Assembly: GCA_965215265.1 (NCBI GenBank)
Contig: OZ244048.1
Location: forward strand, 1,344,001-1,408,000
DNA length: 64,000 nt
Reading direction: 5' to 3'
Origin: Candidatus Poribacteria bacterium
GTDB taxonomy: Bacteria > Poribacteria > WGA-4E > WGA-3G
Shown: positions 58,904-64,000 of the stretch, in pieces
Numbering within the stretch: the stretch's first letter is position 1
How the letters are laid out: every line of letters starts with the position of its first letter
Notes under the pieces: generated by a model
Seen by the model: the letters and a program-made list of their open reading frames with translations, nothing else
Databases searched by the model: none
What the model was told of the DNA's origin: nothing
Position numbers and translations under genes: made by a program

Positions 58904-59773
58904 CTAGATTCCTCCATTAAGAGCGCCCACGACGTACCGAGCTCGGAAAAGTGTCTGGCGTAGGGGTGGCATTTCCGAAAGCAGCTTCGGATGCGGCTGG
59001 TAAACGTTCGCGAAACCGCTATCGACAGGACTGTATAGACTAAAAATCGCAAGCCTATCATTTTGAGTATTTGTCCATGTGGTAGCACTATGTGTGAGTG
59101 CCTCTGTAAAAAAGAGCAGTGAACCGGCGGCACACCCGTAGGTGCTCCATATATCTGAATGCGGATGCTGAATCTCACCGGGTGCGGTGTAGACAGATTT
59201 ATGACTTCCTGTCACCAATAGGGTGCCGCCTTGCCCCTTTTTCACTTCATTCAACTCCCACACAATCCGTGTGTGCGGACTGTAACCTTTGCCGGGAAAC
59301 GCGTTATAGTAATGCACATCCCCCGGAAAACGAAGTAACCCGTTCCCGTTATGAGGTCCAAAATTTCCCATACCGGGCGCACGATAAAACAGTGTTGTGC
59401 TCTCCACAGAAAATCCGTAGCATTCCGGGCTAGTCACAGAGGGATGTGCGGTAAATTCGTTAAGGAGCGAGACGACAAGCGGATGATCTATTAATTTTTG
59501 AAGCGGCCCGCCAACCGTGCTCCGTTCGTGTTCCGGAATTGAGTCTGGTTGATGGTGCAGGCGTGATGCAAAGTCTTGCATTTCAGCCAATTCACTCCCT
59601 GTGAGTACCTCTGGAACCAGAAACCACCCATGTGTATCAAAAGCGTATTTCTGTTCGGAAGTCAACTCCGGAACCGCTATTCCGTCGGCATTAGATGTCG
59701 GAAATTGGCACTCCGTTGCATGCAAGACGGTGCTCAACGAAGGCTGAAGTTTATTCGGTATCTGTTTTTCCAT
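58904..59773 (-). CDS. PhyH-like Fe(II)/2-oxoglutarate dioxygenase
   Basis: QKYAFD.HGW, PHNG, GGT....GSHKS, AGSLLFFTEALTH, R in the final strand. Confidence 0.82.
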   Translation of the reverse strand: MEKQIPNKLQPSLSTVLHATECQFPTSNADGIAVPELTSEQKYAFDTHGWFLVPEVLTGSELAEMQDFASRLHHQPDSIPEHERSTVGGPLQKLIDHPLVVSLLNEFTAHPSVTSPECYGFSVESTTLFYRAPGMGNFGPHNGNGLLRFPGDVHYYNAFPGKGYSPHTRIVWELNEVKKGQGGTLLVTGSHKSVYTAPGEIQHPHSDIWSTYGCAAGSLLFFTEALTHSATTWTNTQNDRLAIFSLYSPVDSGFANVYQPHPKLLSEMPPLRQTLFRARYVVGALNGGI

Positions 59774-59825
59774 TTCTTGTTCTCCCACTCTGATTTTACG
59801 AGATGCCCGGCAACGTTTGCTGAGG

Positions 59826-60740
59826 TTAGTTCTCTATTGGATATGCAGAGGTGCGATTTCCAAAATCCCCGTTAACAACATTACCACCGGCGTAGACTGC
59901 GCGAAAGAGCGTCTGCCGTTTTGGTGGCATGGCTTCCAAAAGTTGTGGATGTGGTAACCAATTTGACCAGCGGCTCGCCACGGTGTTGTACAGATTAGAG
60001 ATGCGTACCCGAGCAACATTATCCGGCTGAGTGCTTAGCTTGATATTTGTCATGGATTCTGTGAAAAGGATAAGCGAACCGGGTGGACATGTATAAGTCT
60101 CCCACAGAGATGAATTTGGATTTTGAATTGCATCAGGGAGTGGATACGCGGCTTTGTGACTGCCCGAGATAAACCGAATGCTGTTTGTTGCAGCGTCGAC
60201 CTCTGTCAATTCCCAAATAGCGCGCGTTAAGCCACTCCAGCCTCGCCCGGGCACGCAGCGGTAGAGGTGCGAATCTCCGGGTAACCGAAACAACCCACTC
60301 CCTTTGTGCTGTGGAGGCACGACTTCACCGGAATCCATAACCAATTCTGATTCTTCGAGCCGAAAACCGTAGCAATCCTCACTTGCAGCCGGTGGATATG
60401 CCAGAAATTCGTTCAGAAACCCGACCACAACCGGATGGTCAGCCAGTATCTGCAACGGACCTCCAAGCGTGCAGCGTTGGGGCTGCGGCATGCTATCTGG
60501 TTCAAAGCGGAGACGTTCACAGAACGTTAGCATTTCCGTACATTCTGTATCCGATAAAACGCCGGGAATCGCGACCCAGCCATTACGGTCGAAATTGTAT
60601 TTCTGCTTCTGTGTCGGGATAATGACCGGTGCCCCATCGGCGTTGGTTTTCGTCAACTCCTCAGGTTCAATCTCAACAGCACTTCCCAGATTTTTATTCA
60701 CAATAAACGGTTTAGTTGTCGCAAGTTCTTTGTAACCCAT
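59826..60740 (-). CDS. PhyH-like paralog lacking the distal His ligand
   Basis: Collinear with its neighbour, but TESMTN replaces TEALTH; SD GGAGG before MGYKE. Confidence 0.8.
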   Translation of the reverse strand: MGYKELATTKPFIVNKNLGSAVEIEPEELTKTNADGAPVIIPTQKQKYNFDRNGWVAIPGVLSDTECTEMLTFCERLRFEPDSMPQPQRCTLGGPLQILADHPVVVGFLNEFLAYPPAASEDCYGFRLEESELVMDSGEVVPPQHKGSGLFRLPGDSHLYRCVPGRGWSGLTRAIWELTEVDAATNSIRFISGSHKAAYPLPDAIQNPNSSLWETYTCPPGSLILFTESMTNIKLSTQPDNVARVRISNLYNTVASRWSNWLPHPQLLEAMPPKRQTLFRAVYAGGNVVNGDFGNRTSAYPIEN

Positions 60741-60842
60741 AAGGATGCTCCCTCCGTGCAATGTTCACCTAGAAAGTATACCGCGAAGCCCAAAAATTGT
60801 CAAATCGTAACTAAGCCAACGGGAACGTTGCCTTCGTCCGGC

Positions 60843-61659
60843 TCAAGGCCAAGGAAAAAACGGTACGGGTACATTCGTCACCCAACTGATAACTGTCCAC
60901 ACCAATGCCATGCTAAACTCACCGAAAACCAAGCCTAAAAAGAAAGGACGAAACCGCTGATACTGTCGTATGCCGCTGTAACGCACCAGTGGCACTTTTA
61001 TGCTCCATGCAATGAGGACAAGAAACCAAAACACGATAAGCGTCCACGAAGCGGATAAGGCGTAACCAAGGGGATGCAGGGGCCACCACCAATATAACAT
61101 TCGTAAGGCAAACAGACTCACCGTAACCAGGGTGCCAATGCCGAAATCAAAATCAAACTGAGGATGAAACCCCAGACTGCTGTCCGGTAACGGAGGATCT
61201 CCCCAGAGTCATCAATTTTGCCAGAGGTGAACGCATCACGAAAGACACGGCGGAAGTGCGGCAAACCGAAGACTGAAAAGCATCTGAGTGGGAAGTAATT
61301 AGAAAAATCCTACTGCAGCGAAGGAGAGAAAAATCGGTGTATACGTAACCGCGTTGAACGGGCAATCGGTGAGATATTGATTGAGAAGATTTCGTATATT
61401 TCAGCCCCATCAACGCCTAGGTAATCATAACTCGTGTGTAAATCTCGTCGGAGCCGTTCGATGTATTGATTCTGAAGAAAAACAGACCAATAACTGCTGG
61501 CGGCAGTTGTAAAAAACCGATTTGAATGTAAGTCAGTACCAATTCTGCATAGGAGACAATACAACAGATGGCAATAACGAAACAGATACCTAGTAGTAGG
61601 AAACGCCATGATAGCCGATCTTGAGTTGTGTTAAGCACTATCCGCAGTCCTTTATTCAA
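60843..61659 (-). pseudogene. Collapsed paralog of the DUF6785-like membrane protein
   Basis: N-terminal fragment (SWRFLLLG..LPPAVIGLFF) and C-terminal fragment (WPLHPLGYA...YSG...RPFFLGLVFGE) with most of the middle missing. Confidence 0.75.
61390..61470. repeat. Repeat family arm inside the pseudogene
   Basis: ttcgtatatttcagccccatcaacgcc...ctcgtgtgtaaatctcgtcggagcc. Confidence 0.85.
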
Positions 61660-61841
61660 TTTTCTGTTTGAAAAAATATGTACCGACGCTAAAAAACTTG
61701 TAAACTGCCAGAAAAAAGTAGCGAAAAGGTAAAAATTTTCACGTTTTTTGAAACCTTTTCTTATGTATAGACGTTATATATAGATAGAAGTTATATATAA
61801 ATAAAATAATTAAGTGTAATTTGATTACCAGAAAGGCTAGA

Positions 61842-61926
61842 TTTGTATATCTTTGTACCATCACCGCTTATGTATTGTTTAATCGTGTGTAAATCTCGTC
61901 GGAGCCGCCCGGTGTTTAGATTCATA
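61842..61926. repeat. Repeat family arm
   Basis: ttgtatatctttgtaccatcaccgcttatg...tcgtgtgtaaatctcgtcggagcc. Confidence 0.85.
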
Positions 61927-62019
61927 GCAATAGTGCTGAACAAATACCGCAAATCCTTCGTAATCGTGAACGAGACGAACTACGTCGATGCAAAGTTTCC
62001 GTTTAGGGAGAATGAGCCA

Positions 62020-62280
62020 ATGCTGCGATATAATACCAAAAATCCGCTTGCCGAACTCCCCGTGCAAACTCAGCGATTATACAGCGCGTTAGAAGTTTTT
62101 AGATGCACATATTCTTCTCATGAAAAGCCAACATGGTTCCGGGCCCCGAAACGAGACGTGCTTCTGAAAAAAATCGGGTTTTCCGCAAACGATATTGATA
62201 TCGGCATTAAAGAATTGATTCAATCGAATCTGTTGCAAATCCAAAAACAGCAGAATATTGACTGGTACCGACTCAAATAA
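62020..62280 (+). CDS. Small hypothetical protein, possibly winged-helix
   Basis: SD GGGAG plus MLRYN; C-terminal GIKELIQSNLL..Y.L pattern; the longer track start is repeat-derived. Confidence 0.5.
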   Translation: MLRYNTKNPLAELPVQTQRLYSALEVFRCTYSSHEKPTWFRAPKRDVLLKKIGFSANDIDIGIKELIQSNLLQIQKQQNIDWYRLK

Positions 62281-62281
62281 C

Positions 62282-62878
62282 ATGGCACCGTTAGAGGAAA
62301 TGCGAGCGTGCGGAGACAGCACTCTCCGGCTTGTGTTAGCATCGGCATCTCCACGTCGCGCCGAACTGTTGTCGCAGATTGGCTTAACCTTTGAAGTCTG
62401 TCCGAGTCATGTCGAAGAACCGTTGCAGAGCAGGGAGGCGGTAGAGGTAACGCAAAACCTTGCCTTACTGAAAGCAAGGACTGTCGCGCAGTATTTCACC
62501 GAGGCGGTTATTATCGGCGCGGATACATTGGTTTCATTAGATGGAGAACTACTCGGTAAGCCTGCTGATGCAGTACACGCCAAACAGATGCTGCACGAAC
62601 TGAGTGGTGCATCCCACGAAGTTGTGACAGGAATTGCTTTAATTCAGGCAAAAACAGCCAAGGAAATCGTCTGGGCAGAGACAACAACGGTTTACTTTCG
62701 AGAGTTGTCCGATGCTGAGATTGCTGCCTATATCAGCAGCGGAGAAGGGTTGGATAAAGCTGGTGCATACGGCATTCAAGGACGAGGGGCAGCGTTCGTT
62801 AAACGGATTGTGGGATGCTATTTCAACGTCGTTGGATTGCCTCTGGCCAGTTTAGTTGAACAACTTCGGAAATTTTAA
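62282..62878 (+). CDS. maf: Maf family nucleotide pyrophosphatase
   Basis: LVLASASPRR.ELL, GADT.V, LGKP, DKAGAYGIQG, NVVGLP; exact start uncertain. Confidence 0.93.
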   Translation: MAPLEEMRACGDSTLRLVLASASPRRAELLSQIGLTFEVCPSHVEEPLQSREAVEVTQNLALLKARTVAQYFTEAVIIGADTLVSLDGELLGKPADAVHAKQMLHELSGASHEVVTGIALIQAKTAKEIVWAETTTVYFRELSDAEIAAYISSGEGLDKAGAYGIQGRGAAFVKRIVGCYFNVVGLPLASLVEQLRKF

Positions 62879-62943
62879 AGCGCAGCTGGCTGTTTTGTGC
62901 AGGTACCTGAGGCGACGCACTTGCGTGCTTATTGGAATCTTAG

Positions 62944-63621
62944 ATGCCGCCATATAAAACCTATATTCCCATCCAAGGCTACACTGACATTATCAACCCC
63001 GGCGAGCTCGGCATCACACAACTGCACTTCGGCATATTAAACCTTGCCCCGAAAACAACCTTTTTCGACCATTCTGATGATACTGAAGTTGCGTTAATTG
63101 CCTTGAGCGGTTCCGCCACCCTATTAGTTGGGCACAACGGTAACAAAGCAAACGGAATTTTAGGTGAACGTCCGGATGTCTTTGACGGCGAAGCGTGTGT
63201 AGCATTTATACCTTACTACACAACGTACGAACTCATCACGAGTGGGACGGGTAGTGAAATCGCAGTTTGCAAAACACCCTCTGATTCTGAAGCTGTAGCG
63301 GCGATACTAGGCCCCGGAGAAATACTCGATGAAACCGACTCTCATCTCAGAATTCGCGAATTTCAGACAGAAGAAGTTTCGAATAAGTTGCAACACTCAG
63401 AAGCAGTCTGTCTCTACAAATTCTGGCAAGAAGAAGGCAGTGCTGTCGTATGGATGGAGAGTGCCGCCGCCGAGGCCAAGCCCATCGTCTTACATCACAA
63501 CAATGTACTCGCCGTTCCAGCTGGCACTCGTTTTAGTTTACCTGACTCTGAAGTCACATGGCCGCGTCGTCATGCCATCCATAGTCGCAGCTACACTTTA
63601 TGCATTGAACACACCGGTTAA
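62944..63621 (+). CDS. Divergent IolB/KduI-like cupin protein
   Basis: L.FGIL.L, E.ALI.LSG, GER.DVF.G N-terminal half resembles IolB; the C-terminal half is diverged. Confidence 0.55.
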   Translation: MPPYKTYIPIQGYTDIINPGELGITQLHFGILNLAPKTTFFDHSDDTEVALIALSGSATLLVGHNGNKANGILGERPDVFDGEACVAFIPYYTTYELITSGTGSEIAVCKTPSDSEAVAAILGPGEILDETDSHLRIREFQTEEVSNKLQHSEAVCLYKFWQEEGSAVVWMESAAAEAKPIVLHHNNVLAVPAGTRFSLPDSEVTWPRRHAIHSRSYTLCIEHTG

Positions 63622-63625
63622 TGCC

Positions 63626-63928
63626 TTACTCACCTTCAATTAACTCACCGCCTTTTTTCAAAAAAGCGACAGCGCTCCGGGAAATTTGGACCTTCACCTC
63701 TTGGCTGTTCAATTCTCCGACAGCAATCAGAATGATATTCTTATCATTGCTAATGCCAAGAATTTTGCCATGCAACCCGCCGTTTGTGACGATTTCGTCG
63801 CCTTTTGACAGATTCTCAAGCATATTTTGGTGTTTTTTACGCTTCGCTTGTTCAGGGCGCCATAGCAGAAAGTACATGATAGCAAACAACGCAATGAACG
63901 GAACAAGCATACCGCCTATCTGTTCCAT
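63626..63928 (-). CDS. yajC: Preprotein translocase subunit YajC
   Basis: MYFLLWRPEQ.KRK, L.KGDEIVTNGGLHG; SD AGGAG. Confidence 0.95.
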   Translation of the reverse strand: MEQIGGMLVPFIALFAIMYFLLWRPEQAKRKKHQNMLENLSKGDEIVTNGGLHGKILGISNDKNIILIAVGELNSQEVKVQISRSAVAFLKKGGELIEGE

Positions 63929-64000
63929 GAAATGTCTCCTTCTATATTTTTTAAAGAATCAGCATGGCATCGCCATAACTGTAGAACCGGTAGTTATGGC

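Overview
Bacterial chromosomal window (standard code 11). It is most consistent with a Candidatus Poribacteria-like genome; this is an inference from the FlgD-Ig-like C-terminal sorting domains, WD40/LRR secreted proteins, PhyH paralogs, sulfatase and DUF6785-type membrane proteins. Core genes include hsp20, an aquaporin, hisC, ispG, uppP, a long minus-strand run yggS-proC-yggT-(ileS-like)-lspA-fmt-PASTA-rpe-rsmE-mtaB-EEP, pgeF, tatAC, maf and yajC. Accessory content includes an intact type III R-M system, an orphan Mod gene, a dead toxin-antitoxin pair, three PD-(D/E)XK/Rpn-like genes and several collapsed pseudogenes. Main signals: (1) a secreted, probably outer-membrane protein missed by the ORF track, with SD, ATG and signal peptide followed by two in-frame UGA codons in a U-G-A-U (CxxC-like) motif and an immediate 3' hairpin, i.e. 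a candidate double selenoprotein; (2) a modular palindromic repeat family (~60-bp arms with nested hairpin passengers) that fills most gene junctions from 29.9 to 44.6 kb and supplies start and stop codons to host genes; (3) all three Rpn-like genes carry an in-frame internal GGAGGT-N7-ATG before a tandem-repeat C-terminus (candidate intragenic antitoxins); (4) a full-length but catalytically degenerate IleRS paralog at the ileS-lspA position; (5) poly-G tracts in both Mod genes, one exactly at a frameshift. No rRNA, tRNA or CRISPR array was found. All calls come from reading the sequence by eye; no database searches were run.
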